Positions 31,815 to 41,920 are shown, counted from the stretch's first letter. The stretch: 42,307 nucleotides of DNA from Campylobacterota bacterium (GCA_051746405.1 JBNJFB010000020.1:1-42307); one strand, 5' to 3'. Numbers and translations: made by a program. The notes: generated from the sequence alone by a model not told the origin.

Positions 31815-31822
31815 GAGAGAGA

Positions 31823-32092
31823 ATGTCAAAAGTATTTTTAGCACTTCAATCAATGGAGGAGACAAGAGCTATTGTTGAAGCAATTAAAGATGATAATCCA
31901 GGTGTTGAGGTTGAGAACCAACCTGCTATGGTAAAGATATCAGCTGATAGCAAGATGGTAATTAATGCCCAGACTGTATCAGATAAAATTGGTAGAGACT
32001 GGGATCCACAAGAGTTACAGTTAGTTTTAATTTCTCTAGCTGGGAATGTTGATGAAGATTACGACCACTTCACAATTTATTGGGAAAATTAG
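31823..32092 (+). CDS. dmpM: Phenol hydroxylase regulatory (MmoB/DmpM) protein P2
   Basis: MSKVFLALQ..EETRAIVEAI..DNP..QPAMVKI..LISLAGNVDE. Confidence 0.95.
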   Translation: MSKVFLALQSMEETRAIVEAIKDDNPGVEVENQPAMVKISADSKMVINAQTVSDKIGRDWDPQELQLVLISLAGNVDEDYDHFTIYWEN

Positions 32093-32103
32093 GAGAAGAT
32101 ATT

Positions 32104-33624
32104 ATGACAATGAATACACAAAAAAGAAAAAAACGTCTAAATATGAAGGATAAATATAAGTATATGACTAGACTTGGTTGGGAGACTACATATCAAGATA
32201 TGGATGATGTTTTTCCTGAAGATAAGTTTGAGGGTATAAAAATCCATGATTGGGAAGCTTGGGAAGATCCATTTAGAATGACAATGGATGCTTATTGGAA
32301 GTATCAAGGTGAAAAAGATAAAAAGTTATATGCAATTATTGATGCTTTTGCACAAAATAATGGACAAAAAAACATCACAGATGCAAGATATGTATCTGCT
32401 TTAAAACTATTTCTAACAGGTGTTTCTCCACTTGAATATCAAGCACATAGAGGTTTTGCAAATATTGCTAGAGCTTTTAGAGGTGATGGTCCAAGGGTTG
32501 CTTGTCAAATGCAAGCTATTGATGAGTTAAGACATGTTCAAACACAAGTACATACATTAAGCCATTATAATAAATACTTTAATGGTTTTTCAGAATGGAC
32601 AAAGTGGCATGATAGAGTATGGTACTTATCTGTTCCTAAGTCATTCTTTGATGATGCAAGAGCTGCAGGACCATTTGAGTTTATAATTGCTATTGGTTTT
32701 TCATTTGAGTATGTATTAACAAATCTATTATTTGTGCCATTTATGAGTGGTGCAGCTTATAATGGAGATATGGCAACAGTTACATTTGGATTCTCAGCTC
32801 AAAGTGATGAGGCAAGACATATGACTTTAGGTTTACAAGCTATTAAGTTTTTATTAGAACAAGACCCAGGTAATGTTCCAATTGTTCAAAAATGGATTGA
32901 TAAGTGGACATGGAGAGGGTATAAAGTTTTAGGACTTGTATCTGCAATGATGGATTATATGCTACCTGAATCACCACAGTCTTGGAAAGAAGCGTGGGAG
33001 TTATATTTTGAAGAGAATACAGTAGCACTATTTAAAGATTTAGAGAGATATGGAATTAAAGTTCCTGATTGTGCAGGAACAATTAAAGCTGAAAAAGAGC
33101 ATTTATCTCATCAAGTTTGGATGACACTATATACTCACAATGCAGCAGCACCTTTCCATACTTGGATTCCTGATGAGAAAAAAATGGATTGGTTAAGCCA
33201 AAAATATCCAGATACATTTGATAAATACTATAGACCTGTTTATGAACACTGGAATAAATTAGAAAAAGACGGGAAGAGATACTATTCTGAAATGCTTCCT
33301 CAGTTATGTCAAACCTGTCAGTTACCAATGTTAGCAACAGAAGTTGAAAAGGGTGAACCAACTCAAATTGCTCATAGACATACTATGTACAATGGTGAAA
33401 GATTCCACTTCTGTTCAGATCATTGTAAAGATATTTTTGAAGATGAACCTGAAAAGTATATTCAATCATGGTTACCAGTTCATCAAATCTTCCAAGGAAA
33501 CTGTGGAGGGGCTACACTTCCTGAAGTACTAAAATGGTATAAGGTTGAGTTTGGACAAGATAATCTTGACTATAAAGGTTCACAAGATGAGAAGATGTGG
33601 AAAGAATGGAAAGGAGAAGCATAA
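32104..33624 (+). CDS. dmpN: Phenol hydroxylase large di-iron alpha subunit P3
   Basis: Start revised to the ATG at 32104 (AGGAG at 32091). WEDPFR, two DExRH di-iron motifs (DELRH, DEARH), and CQTCQ..FCSDHC C-terminal YHS/Zn region. Confidence 0.97.
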   Translation: MTMNTQKRKKRLNMKDKYKYMTRLGWETTYQDMDDVFPEDKFEGIKIHDWEAWEDPFRMTMDAYWKYQGEKDKKLYAIIDAFAQNNGQKNITDARYVSALKLFLTGVSPLEYQAHRGFANIARAFRGDGPRVACQMQAIDELRHVQTQVHTLSHYNKYFNGFSEWTKWHDRVWYLSVPKSFFDDARAAGPFEFIIAIGFSFEYVLTNLLFVPFMSGAAYNGDMATVTFGFSAQSDEARHMTLGLQAIKFLLEQDPGNVPIVQKWIDKWTWRGYKVLGLVSAMMDYMLPESPQSWKEAWELYFEENTVALFKDLERYGIKVPDCAGTIKAEKEHLSHQVWMTLYTHNAAAPFHTWIPDEKKMDWLSQKYPDTFDKYYRPVYEHWNKLEKDGKRYYSEMLPQLCQTCQLPMLATEVEKGEPTQIAHRHTMYNGERFHFCSDHCKDIFEDEPEKYIQSWLPVHQIFQGNCGGATLPEVLKWYKVEFGQDNLDYKGSQDEKMWKEWKGEA

Positions 33625-33986
33625 TGGCAACTATAGTAAAAGATAAATATCCAATAATTATGATGGATAGTGTTGATAAATTTCATGGTAACCAAGTAGT
33701 ATATGTGGGTTGGGATAAACATAAACTAATTAATTCTGCAATGGCTTTTCCTTTACCACCACAAATGCCTTTTAAAGCATTGGTTCATGAAGTAATGCCA
33801 AGCTGTTATAAAGACCATCCAGATTTTGAAAAAGTTGTTTGGGATGATTCTGTTATTTGGAAATTAAACGGTGAAGAGTTTACTCCTGATTTTGAGAAGT
33901 CACTTGAAGATAATGGAATTGACCATAAGTCATTAGTTAGATTTGAAACACCAAATTTAACAGGAATTAATGGAGTAGGAATGTGA
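33624..33986 (+). CDS. dmpO: Phenol hydroxylase gamma subunit P4
   Basis: Start revised to 33624 (TAATG overlap). FHGNQVVYVGWD.H, HPDF and SLEDNGIDHKS..RFETP.L.GI.G. Confidence 0.94.
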   Translation: MATIVKDKYPIIMMDSVDKFHGNQVVYVGWDKHKLINSAMAFPLPPQMPFKALVHEVMPSCYKDHPDFEKVVWDDSVIWKLNGEEFTPDFEKSLEDNGIDHKSLVRFETPNLTGINGVGM

Positions 33987-35041
33987 GTTATCAAGTAGAA
34001 ATAGAACCAACAGGAGATGTGGTAGAAGTTCAAGATGGACAAACTATTCTTGATGCTGCATTAAGGCAAGGGGTATATATTCCCCATGCGTGCTCTCATG
34101 GTTTATGTGGTACTTGTAAAGTTGAGGTATTAGAAGGTGAAGTTGACTATGGTGCAGCTTCTCCTTTTGCTCTTATGGATATGGAAAAAGATGAGGGTAA
34201 ATGTCTTGCTTGTACTGCTACACCAATGGAAGATTGTGCTATTGAAGCTGATGTGGATGAAGACCCTGATGCTAAATCAATACCTGTAAAAGATTTTATG
34301 GGAACAGTTATTGAAGTAAAAGATTTAACACCTAGAATAAAAGCTATATTTATAGAATTAGATGAAGAGATTGAGTTTCAAGCAGGTCAATATGTACAGT
34401 ATCATGTACCAGGGTTTGATGAGCCAAGAGCATTTTCTTTATGTAACTCTTCAAATGAAAAAAAAGTTGTAGAGTTAAATATCTCTTTAATTCCAGATGG
34501 AGAAGCAACTCCATGGATTCATAGAAATGTTAAAGTAGGTGCTAGAAGGAAGATCTCAGGACCTTATGGAAGATTCTTTGTAAGAGAGTCTGCTAATAAG
34601 CCTATGGTTTTCTTTGCAGGTGGTTCTGGACTTTCAAGTCCTAAGTCTATGATTTTAGAGCAACTAGAAAATGGAAGCAAGGAAGAAATAACACTTTTTC
34701 ATGGGGCTAGAAATGAAGAAGAGTTATATTATGCTGATTTATTTAGAGACTTAGAACAAAAATATGAAAACTTTACTTATATACCTGTTCTATCCGATGA
34801 AGAGACTCCTTCTTGGAAAGGAAAAAAAGGTTTTGTAAATGATGCTGCAAAAGAAGTTTTTGAAAATGATTTTTCTGGTAAGAAAGCATATCTTTGTGGA
34901 CCTCCGCCTATGATAGATGCATGTATTACAACTCTTATGAGAGGAAGACTTTTTGAAAAAGATATTTATACAGAAAAGTTCTTCTCAAAAGCTGATTTAA
35001 ATGCTGAGAATCAGCGTTCACCACTATTTAAATCTATATAA
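33983..35041 (+). CDS. dmpP: Phenol hydroxylase reductase P5 (2Fe-2S/FAD/NAD)
   Basis: CSHGLCGTC..CLAC, FQAGQY, RAFS, AGGSGLS and YLCGPPPM. Confidence 0.96.
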   Translation: MSYQVEIEPTGDVVEVQDGQTILDAALRQGVYIPHACSHGLCGTCKVEVLEGEVDYGAASPFALMDMEKDEGKCLACTATPMEDCAIEADVDEDPDAKSIPVKDFMGTVIEVKDLTPRIKAIFIELDEEIEFQAGQYVQYHVPGFDEPRAFSLCNSSNEKKVVELNISLIPDGEATPWIHRNVKVGARRKISGPYGRFFVRESANKPMVFFAGGSGLSSPKSMILEQLENGSKEEITLFHGARNEEELYYADLFRDLEQKYENFTYIPVLSDEETPSWKGKKGFVNDAAKEVFENDFSGKKAYLCGPPPMIDACITTLMRGRLFEKDIYTEKFFSKADLNAENQRSPLFKSI

Positions 35042-35050
35042 AACCTTTTT

Positions 35051-35079
35051 AAAAGGTCTGTTTATGCAGACCTTTTTTT
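35051..35079 (+). terminator. Intrinsic terminator after dmpP
   Basis: AAAAGGTCTG-tttatg-CAGACCTTTT followed by Ts. Confidence 0.8.
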
Positions 35080-35110
35080 ATTTAAAAAACTTTCTTTAAA
35101 AGTGATTTTT

Positions 35111-35143
35111 TGCGATTTTTCTGCGAATTTATTTCTGTAAAGT
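35111..35143 (+). promoter_or_regulatory. Tandem-repeat activator box plus -10 of the meta-cleavage operon
   Basis: TGCGA-tttttc-TGCGA-atttatttctg-TAAAGT. Confidence 0.75.
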
Positions 35144-35189
35144 TAAAAAGTCAAAAGGCTATGACTTTATAAATAAAAAAAGGGATGTT

Positions 35190-35510
35190 TTGAAATATGA
35201 AATTTTTGTAAAAGATAAAGATAAAACTAAACTTTGTCTTGAGACTAAACATCTTATGGATGGTTTATACGTATATGAGAACTTAGTTCCAAAAGGTTGT
35301 CATAATGGTGCTTGTGGACTTTGTAAAATCAAAGTCTATGAGGGAGACTATAAAAAATGCAAAATGAATAGAAAACATATTTCATGTGAAGAAGAGAGTG
35401 AAGGTATTCTTTTAGCTTGTAAAACATTTCCAAAAAGTAATATGGAAGTAGAGTTTATAGGCAAAGACTCATCTAAAGAAAAAGCCCAAGTTTATGTACT
35501 TGGTAACTAG
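35190..35510 (+). CDS. dmpQ: XylT/DmpQ-type 2Fe-2S ferredoxin (catechol 2,3-dioxygenase reactivation)
   Basis: GCHNGACGLCK..MNRKHIS..LACK; directly upstream of the catechol dioxygenase. Confidence 0.88.
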   Translation: MKYEIFVKDKDKTKLCLETKHLMDGLYVYENLVPKGCHNGACGLCKIKVYEGDYKKCKMNRKHISCEEESEGILLACKTFPKSNMEVEFIGKDSSKEKAQVYVLGN

Positions 35511-35526
35511 ATAATAAGGAGATAAA

Positions 35527-36474
35527 ATGAGTGGTATTATGAGACTAGGACATGTTGATATTAATGTATTAGATATTAATGAGTCAAGAGATTATTATGA
35601 AAATGTTATAGGTATGGAAGTTACAAGAGAAGACTCTGATGGAACACTTTATTTAAAATGTTGGGATGAATGGGATAAATATAGTCTTATTTTAAGACCT
35701 AGTGAAGAAGCGACATATAATAAAGTTGCATACAAGGTAGAAAAAGATTCTGATATAGATAATTTAAAAGCAAAAATAGAGGCTTATGGAATTCAAACAG
35801 AGATTTTAGATGAAGGAGTTATTCCTGAATGTGGAAGAGTATTGAAATTTATGTCTCCAAGTGAACATGAGTTTAATCTATATGCTAAAAAAACATTTGT
35901 AGGTAAAAAAGTAGGACATACTAATCCTGCACCTTGGCCAATTGATGGAAAAGGTATTAAGTCTCATTGGATTGATCATATATTATTAATGACTCAAGGT
36001 CCTGAAAAGTTAATGGAAGCTACTAAATTCTTTGAAGATGTTTTTGATATGAAATTAGCAGAACAAGTATGCGTGGGACCTGAGGGTTCAGTTCAAGCTG
36101 CAACTTGGCTAAGTGCTGGAAATACTCCTCATGATTTAGCATTTGTTGCTGGAGCAGAAACTGGAATGCACCATTTTGCATTTTTCTTAGATGGATGGAA
36201 TGATATTTTAAGATCAGCAGATGTAATGGCTATGAATAATGTAAAACTAGATATCACTCCTCAAAGACATGGTATTACAAGAGGGGAGACTATCTATTTC
36301 TTTGACCCATCAGGTCATAGACTTGAAACATTTGCAGGTCTTGGTTATGCAGTTTGTAAAGATATGCCAACAGTTACTTGGACTGAAGATGAGTTATGGA
36401 GAGGTATCTTCTATCATACAGGTCAAGAAAACGGTTCATTTACAGATGCATATACCCTATCAGCTTATAAATAG
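35527..36474 (+). CDS. dmpB: Catechol 2,3-dioxygenase
   Basis: MRLGHV, YLKCWDEWDKYS, Fe ligands in DHILL, HHFAF and LETF, and RHGITRGETIYFFDPSG. Confidence 0.96.
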   Translation: MSGIMRLGHVDINVLDINESRDYYENVIGMEVTREDSDGTLYLKCWDEWDKYSLILRPSEEATYNKVAYKVEKDSDIDNLKAKIEAYGIQTEILDEGVIPECGRVLKFMSPSEHEFNLYAKKTFVGKKVGHTNPAPWPIDGKGIKSHWIDHILLMTQGPEKLMEATKFFEDVFDMKLAEQVCVGPEGSVQAATWLSAGNTPHDLAFVAGAETGMHHFAFFLDGWNDILRSADVMAMNNVKLDITPQRHGITRGETIYFFDPSGHRLETFAGLGYAVCKDMPTVTWTEDELWRGIFYHTGQENGSFTDAYTLSAYK

Positions 36475-36521
36475 TGCAATAAAAAATATTACATAAAAAG
36501 TAGAAAATTTAGGAATTTAAT

Positions 36522-36950
36522 ATGTTAACAAAAATATCAAAGGACTTAACAAGTCAAACAGCTTTAAAACTTTGTGAATTAACAGTTCAAAAAGCCCGAG
36601 AGTTAAATATAAAGATTAACGTAAGTGTGACTGATTCAAAAGGAATAGAGCTTGCATTTATAAGAATGGAGGACTCTTTTATTCACTCAAGTCAAATAGC
36701 TAAAGACAAAGCTTTCACAAGTGCAAGCTTTGGTTTTGACACAGATACTTGGACACAAATCTTTAAAAGTGAACCCCATTTAGAACAAGGGTTTTCTAAT
36801 CAAGATAGGTTAATACCTTTTGGTGGAGGTATTACTATTTTTGAAGATAAAGAAAAAGTAGGAGCTATTGGTGTTTCGGGAGGAACTGAACAAGAAGATA
36901 TTATTTGTGCAAAATATGCAATAGAAAGGTTAGGATTAAACAATGAATAA
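36522..36950 (+). CDS. GlcG/HbpS-family (NahX-like) protein
   Basis: VSVTDSKG..F.RMED..A.DKAFTS..FGGG..GAIGVSGG..D. Confidence 0.88.
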   Translation: MLTKISKDLTSQTALKLCELTVQKARELNIKINVSVTDSKGIELAFIRMEDSFIHSSQIAKDKAFTSASFGFDTDTWTQIFKSEPHLEQGFSNQDRLIPFGGGITIFEDKEKVGAIGVSGGTEQEDIICAKYAIERLGLNNE

Positions 36951-38400
36951 AGTACAACACTATATTAATGGACAATTTTTAGACTCATCTTGTGGAGAGT
37001 TTTTTGATAATATCAATCCTATGAATGGACAGCTTTTATCAAAAGTAGCTCTTGGAAGAGAAGATGAAGTAAATGCAGCAGTAGCAGCTGCAAAGGCATC
37101 ACTTACAGGTGAATGGGGTCAAATGAAATTAAATGATAGAGTTGCAATGATGTATGAAATTGCACAAGAAATAAATAGAAGATTTGATGATTTCTTAGAA
37201 GCTGAGTGTTTAGATACAGGTAAGCCATACTCAATTGCAAGACATATTGATATTCCAAGAGGAGCTGCAAACTTTGAAGTATTTGCAGATACTATGAAAT
37301 CTCTTGCTGATGAAGCTTATAGAGCTGATACTCCTGATGGTAAAAAGATGTTTAACTACTCTATTAGAAAACCAAAGGGTGTAATTGGAGTTATTTCTCC
37401 TTGGAATTTACCACTATTACTTATGACATGGAAAGTGGGTCCTGCTTTAGCTTGTGGTAACTCTGTTATTGTAAAGCCATCACAAGTAACTCCTACTACT
37501 ACATCTTTACTTGGAGAAGTGATGAGTAAAGTTGGAGTTCCAAATGGTGCATTTAATGTTGTTCAAGGGAAAGGTTCAATTACAGGAAATTTACTTACAT
37601 CACATAAAGATGTGGATGCTATTACATTTACAGGTGAAACAAAAACAGGTGAAATGATTATGAATGCTTGTTCCCATGGGATTAGAGATATTTCACTAGA
37701 GCTTGGTGGTAAAAACCCTGCAATTATTTTTGCAGATTGTGATATGGAGAAAGCAGTTCATGAAACATCAAGATCAGTATTTGCTAACTCTGGACAGGTT
37801 TGTCTAGGGACAGAAAGAGTATATGTACAAAGGGAAATCTTTGATGAGTTTGTATCAAAACTAAAAGAAGCAGGAACTAAAATTAAACTTGGCATTTATA
37901 ATGATGAATCTGTTGACATGGGACCTGTAGTTAGCAAAGCTCATAGGGATAAGGTATTAGAGTTTTATGATATAGCTAAAAAAGAGGGTGCAAATGTAAT
38001 CTTAGGTGGTGGTGCTCCTAAAATGGAAGGTGAATTAGCAAATGGATTCTTTGTTGAACCTACTATTTGGACAGGACTTCCTGAAGATGCAACTGTTGTA
38101 AAACAAGAAGTATTTGGACCTTGTTGTCATATTGCACCTTTTGATAGTGAAGAAGAGGTTATAAAAATGGCTAATGATACAGATTATGGATTAGCATCTA
38201 CAGTATTTACTCAGAATTTGGATAAGGCTCATAGAGTTGCATCTCAAATTGAATCAGGGATTGTATGGATTAACTCATGGTTCTTAAGAGATTTAAGAAC
38301 ACCATTTGGTGGAATGAAAGGTTCAGGAATTGGAAGAGAGGGTGGTCACCACTCATTAGAGTTCTATACTGAACTTAAAAACGTATGTATAAAAATGTAA
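36943..38400 (+). CDS. dmpC: 2-hydroxymuconic semialdehyde dehydrogenase
   Basis: HIDIPRGAANF, PWNLPLLLMTWK, LELGGKN, GQVCL and WFLRDLRTPFGG. Confidence 0.96.
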   Translation: MNKVQHYINGQFLDSSCGEFFDNINPMNGQLLSKVALGREDEVNAAVAAAKASLTGEWGQMKLNDRVAMMYEIAQEINRRFDDFLEAECLDTGKPYSIARHIDIPRGAANFEVFADTMKSLADEAYRADTPDGKKMFNYSIRKPKGVIGVISPWNLPLLLMTWKVGPALACGNSVIVKPSQVTPTTTSLLGEVMSKVGVPNGAFNVVQGKGSITGNLLTSHKDVDAITFTGETKTGEMIMNACSHGIRDISLELGGKNPAIIFADCDMEKAVHETSRSVFANSGQVCLGTERVYVQREIFDEFVSKLKEAGTKIKLGIYNDESVDMGPVVSKAHRDKVLEFYDIAKKEGANVILGGGAPKMEGELANGFFVEPTIWTGLPEDATVVKQEVFGPCCHIAPFDSEEEVIKMANDTDYGLASTVFTQNLDKAHRVASQIESGIVWINSWFLRDLRTPFGGMKGSGIGREGGHHSLEFYTELKNVCIKM

Positions 38401-38409
38401 GGGTATAAA

Positions 38410-39204
38410 ATGGCAATGACTCAAGAAAAAATTGAAAAGTATGGAGATGAATTATATGAAGCCCTAAAGGGAAACTATACAATTGAGCCAATTTCAAATA
38501 GAGAACCTGATTCTACTATTGAAGATGCTTATGCAATTCAACATCACTTTTTAAAAAGAAGAATGGAAGATGATAGCTCCAAAGTTATTGGTAAAAAAAT
38601 AGGTGTTACTTCAAAGGTTGTTATGGACATGTTAGGTGTTCATCAACCTGATTTTGGTTATCTTTTATCAGATATGATTTATTCAGATGGTGATGTGATT
38701 AATGTTACAGATGGGATGATTCAACCAAAAGCTGAAGGTGAAATAGCATTTGTTTTGAAAGAGGATTTATGTGGACCTGGAGTTACAGCAGCTGATGTAA
38801 TTAAAGCTACAAAATTTGTAATGCCTTGTTTTGAAATAGTTGATTCAAGAATCAAAGATTGGAAAATCAAAATTCAAGATACAGTTGCTGATAATGCTTC
38901 TTGTGGATATATGGTATTTGGAGGTCAAAGTGTTAGTCCTTTTGATGTGGACTTAACAACTTGTGGAATAACTTTAGAGCGAAATGGTGAATTACTGCAT
39001 ACAGGAGCAGGAGCTGCTGCATTAGGTAGTCCTGTAAATGCAGTAGTTTGGCTTGCAAATAAACTTGGTGAGTTTGGTGTATCACTGAAAGCAGGTGAGG
39101 TTATATTATCAGGTGCTTTATGTGCAATGGTTGATATAAAACCAGGTGATAATATGACTGCAAGTATTGGCGGAGTTGGTTCTGCCTCAATCAGATTTGA
39201 ATAA
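38410..39204 (+). CDS. dmpE: 2-oxopent-4-enoate hydratase
   Basis: GKKIGVTSK.V..MLGV.QPDFG and EIVDSRIKDWKIKIQDTVADNAS. Confidence 0.93.
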   Translation: MAMTQEKIEKYGDELYEALKGNYTIEPISNREPDSTIEDAYAIQHHFLKRRMEDDSSKVIGKKIGVTSKVVMDMLGVHQPDFGYLLSDMIYSDGDVINVTDGMIQPKAEGEIAFVLKEDLCGPGVTAADVIKATKFVMPCFEIVDSRIKDWKIKIQDTVADNASCGYMVFGGQSVSPFDVDLTTCGITLERNGELLHTGAGAAALGSPVNAVVWLANKLGEFGVSLKAGEVILSGALCAMVDIKPGDNMTASIGGVGSASIRFE

Positions 39205-39216
39205 AAGGTAAATACA

Positions 39217-40101
39217 GTGGAAAAAATAAATTGTGCATTAATTGGGTCTGGAAATATTGGAACAGATCTAATGTATAAACTAAAAAGAAGTGAAATATTA
39301 AATCCTTTATGGATGGTTGGTATTGACCCTGAATCTGATGGTCTATTAAGAGCCAAAGAAGATGGTATGAAAACAACAGCCGAAGGTGTTGATGGATTAC
39401 TTCCTTTTATTAAAGAAGATGGTGTAAAAATCGCATTTGATGCTACATCTGCTTATGTTCATGGTGAAAATAATAGAAAGTTAGCGGAACTTGGAGTTCA
39501 AGTTATTGATTTAACTCCTGCTGCCATTGGTCCTTTTTGTGTACCATCAGTTAATATGCAAGAGCTTTTAGCTCAAAATACTCAAAATGTAAATATGGTT
39601 ACTTGTGGTGGGCAAGCTACTATTCCTATGATTGCAGCTGTATCAAAAGTACAGGAAGTTGAATATGCAGAAATTGTAGCAACAGCAGCTTCAAAATCAG
39701 CAGGACCAGGAACTCGTGCTAACATTGATGAGTTTACTGAAACAACAAAACTTGGTATTGAGCAAGTAGGAAAAGCTAAGAAAGGTAAAGCAATTATTAT
39801 TTTAAATCCTGCAGAACCGCCTTTAATGATGAGAGATACAATTCATTGTTTAACAGCTGAAAAACCTGATGAAGAAGCTATTACTAAATCAATCCATGAA
39901 ATGGTTGAAACTATGCAAGAGTTTATTCCAGGGTATGTATTAAAAAATGGACCAGTTTTTGATGGTAATAAAATCTCTATATGGTTAGAAATTGAAGGTT
40001 TAGGGGATTATCTACCTAAGTATGCAGGTAACCTAGACATTATTACAGCAGCTGCAACAAATATTGCAGAACAAATGGCTAAAAAGATTAAAGGAGCATA
40101 A
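39217..40101 (+). CDS. dmpF: Acetaldehyde dehydrogenase (acylating)
   Basis: [35 protein letters not shown] and YAGNLDI. Confidence 0.96.
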   Translation: MEKINCALIGSGNIGTDLMYKLKRSEILNPLWMVGIDPESDGLLRAKEDGMKTTAEGVDGLLPFIKEDGVKIAFDATSAYVHGENNRKLAELGVQVIDLTPAAIGPFCVPSVNMQELLAQNTQNVNMVTCGGQATIPMIAAVSKVQEVEYAEIVATAASKSAGPGTRANIDEFTETTKLGIEQVGKAKKGKAIIILNPAEPPLMMRDTIHCLTAEKPDEEAITKSIHEMVETMQEFIPGYVLKNGPVFDGNKISIWLEIEGLGDYLPKYAGNLDIITAAATNIAEQMAKKIKGA

Positions 40102-40102
40102 G

Positions 40103-41131
40103 ATGGATTTACAAGGTAAAAAAATAAAAATTCATGATATGTCTTTAAGAGATGGAATGCACTCAATTAGACATCATTTTTCACTTGAAGAGATGACAAA
40201 TATGTCAACAGCGATGGATAAAGCAGGTGTTCCTTTTATTGAAGTTACACATGGAGATGGACTTGGTGGTTCATCACTTAACTATGGTTGGGGAAGACAT
40301 ACAGATGAGCAGTGGTTAGATGCAGTAGTACCAAATATGACACAAGCTAAAATCTCTGCACTTTTACTTCCTGGTATTGGAATTGTAAAAGATTTAGAAA
40401 AAGCTGTTGAACATGGTATTTCTATGGTTAGAGTAGCAACTCATTGTACAGAAGCCGATTGTTCAGCTCAACATATAAAAGCTGCAAAATCAATGGGACT
40501 TGATACTGTTGGATTTTTAATGATGGCTCATATGGTTGATGAAAATAGATTAGTTGAAGAAGCTAGAAAAATGGTTTCTTATGGAGCTACTACTATTTAT
40601 GCAACTGATTCAGCTGGATATTTACTTCCTGATATGGTAAGTTCTAGAATTAAAGCATTAAAAGCAGAGTTTGGTGATGAAATTGAACTTGGTTTCCATG
40701 GGCACAATAACTTATCAATGGGTGTTGCAAATTCACTTGCTGCAATTGAAGCAGGAGCAACACGAATTGATGCATCACTTGCAGGCTTTGGAGCAGGTTC
40801 AGGTAATACTGCAACTGAGGTTTTAGTAGCTGTTTGTAATAGAATGGGTGTTAATACAGGTATTAATCTTGAAGCTATTGAAGATGCAGCAGAAGATATT
40901 GCACTTCCTATTATGGGAAAACCTACAAGAATTTCAAGGGATTCTATTACTTTAGGTTATGCAGGTGTTTATTCATCATTTTTACTATTTGCTAGACGAG
41001 CAGAAGAAAAGTATGGAATAGATGCAAGATCTTTACTTGTTGAACTTGGTCGTAGAGGAATGATTGGTGGTCAAGAAGATATGATTGATGATTGTGCTAT
41101 GGAGTTAGCTAAACAAAAAGGATTATTATAA
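40103..41131 (+). CDS. dmpG: 4-hydroxy-2-oxovalerate aldolase
   Basis: Start revised to the ATG at 40103 (AAGGAG upstream). [29 protein letters not shown] and [10 protein letters not shown]. Confidence 0.96.
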   Translation: MDLQGKKIKIHDMSLRDGMHSIRHHFSLEEMTNMSTAMDKAGVPFIEVTHGDGLGGSSLNYGWGRHTDEQWLDAVVPNMTQAKISALLLPGIGIVKDLEKAVEHGISMVRVATHCTEADCSAQHIKAAKSMGLDTVGFLMMAHMVDENRLVEEARKMVSYGATTIYATDSAGYLLPDMVSSRIKALKAEFGDEIELGFHGHNNLSMGVANSLAAIEAGATRIDASLAGFGAGSGNTATEVLVAVCNRMGVNTGINLEAIEDAAEDIALPIMGKPTRISRDSITLGYAGVYSSFLLFARRAEEKYGIDARSLLVELGRRGMIGGQEDMIDDCAMELAKQKGLL

Positions 41132-41919
41132 TGGCATTAGATAAAGCAACAATAGAAAAACTTGCAAAGCATTGTGAAGATGCTGAATTGCAAGCTTATG
41201 AGATTACTAAGATTACTGATGATTACCCAGAAATGACATATGAGGATGCATATGACATTCAATGGCGTGCCCGAGCTGCTAAGGAAGCAAAAGGTCATAA
41301 AGTAGTTGGTATGAAAATGGGGCTTACTTCGCAGGCTAAAATGAAACAAATGGGTGTCGAGAACCCTTGTTATGGTTATTTAGCTGATTACTTTGCATAT
41401 GGTGATGGGGCTCAAATTCCATATGACGAATTAATTCATCCAAAAGTTGAAGCTGAGATTGCATTTATTTTAAAAGATGATTTAACTGGACCTGGGTGTC
41501 ATATAGGCGATGTTTTAGCTGCTACTGACTTTGTTATGCCTGCTGTTGAGATTATTGATTCAAGATATAAGGATTTTAAATTTGATTTAAAATCTGTAAT
41601 TGCTGATAACTCTTCATCTTCTAGATATGTAAGTGGTGGTATGACAAAAAAAGCTAATGAAGTGGATTTAAAAACTTTAGGTGTTGTAATGGAAATCAAT
41701 GGTGAAGTTGTGCAACTAGGAGCAGGAGCAGCGGTACTTGGTCACCCTGCAACTGCTATTGCAATGCTTGCTAATATGCTAAGTGAACGAGGTGAGGTTT
41801 TAAAAGCTGGATCTTATATCTTAAGTGGAGCAATTACAGCTGCAACTACTGTTAATAAAGGTGATAATGTAACTGTTAAATTCCAAGACTTAGGAACATT
41901 AACTATGAAATTCATATAG
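41131..41919 (+). CDS. dmpH: 4-oxalocrotonate decarboxylase
   Basis: KMGLTSQAKMKQMGV, LIHPKVEAE and DSRYKDFKFDLKSVIADNSS. Confidence 0.94.
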   Translation: MALDKATIEKLAKHCEDAELQAYEITKITDDYPEMTYEDAYDIQWRARAAKEAKGHKVVGMKMGLTSQAKMKQMGVENPCYGYLADYFAYGDGAQIPYDELIHPKVEAEIAFILKDDLTGPGCHIGDVLAATDFVMPAVEIIDSRYKDFKFDLKSVIADNSSSSRYVSGGMTKKANEVDLKTLGVVMEINGEVVQLGAGAAVLGHPATAIAMLANMLSERGEVLKAGSYILSGAITAATTVNKGDNVTVKFQDLGTLTMKFI

Positions 41920-41920
41920 A

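Noticed and set aside
35043..35057. ACCTTT/AAAGGT alternative hairpin as an antiterminator after dmpP
   Set aside because: A short stem with a minimal loop, much weaker than the 10-bp terminator stem.
32080..40102. Longer N-termini given by the ORF track for dmpN (32080), dmpO (33597) and dmpG (40064)
   Set aside because: Downstream ATGs at 32104, 33624 and 40103 have AGGAG RBSs and avoid long overlaps with the upstream genes.
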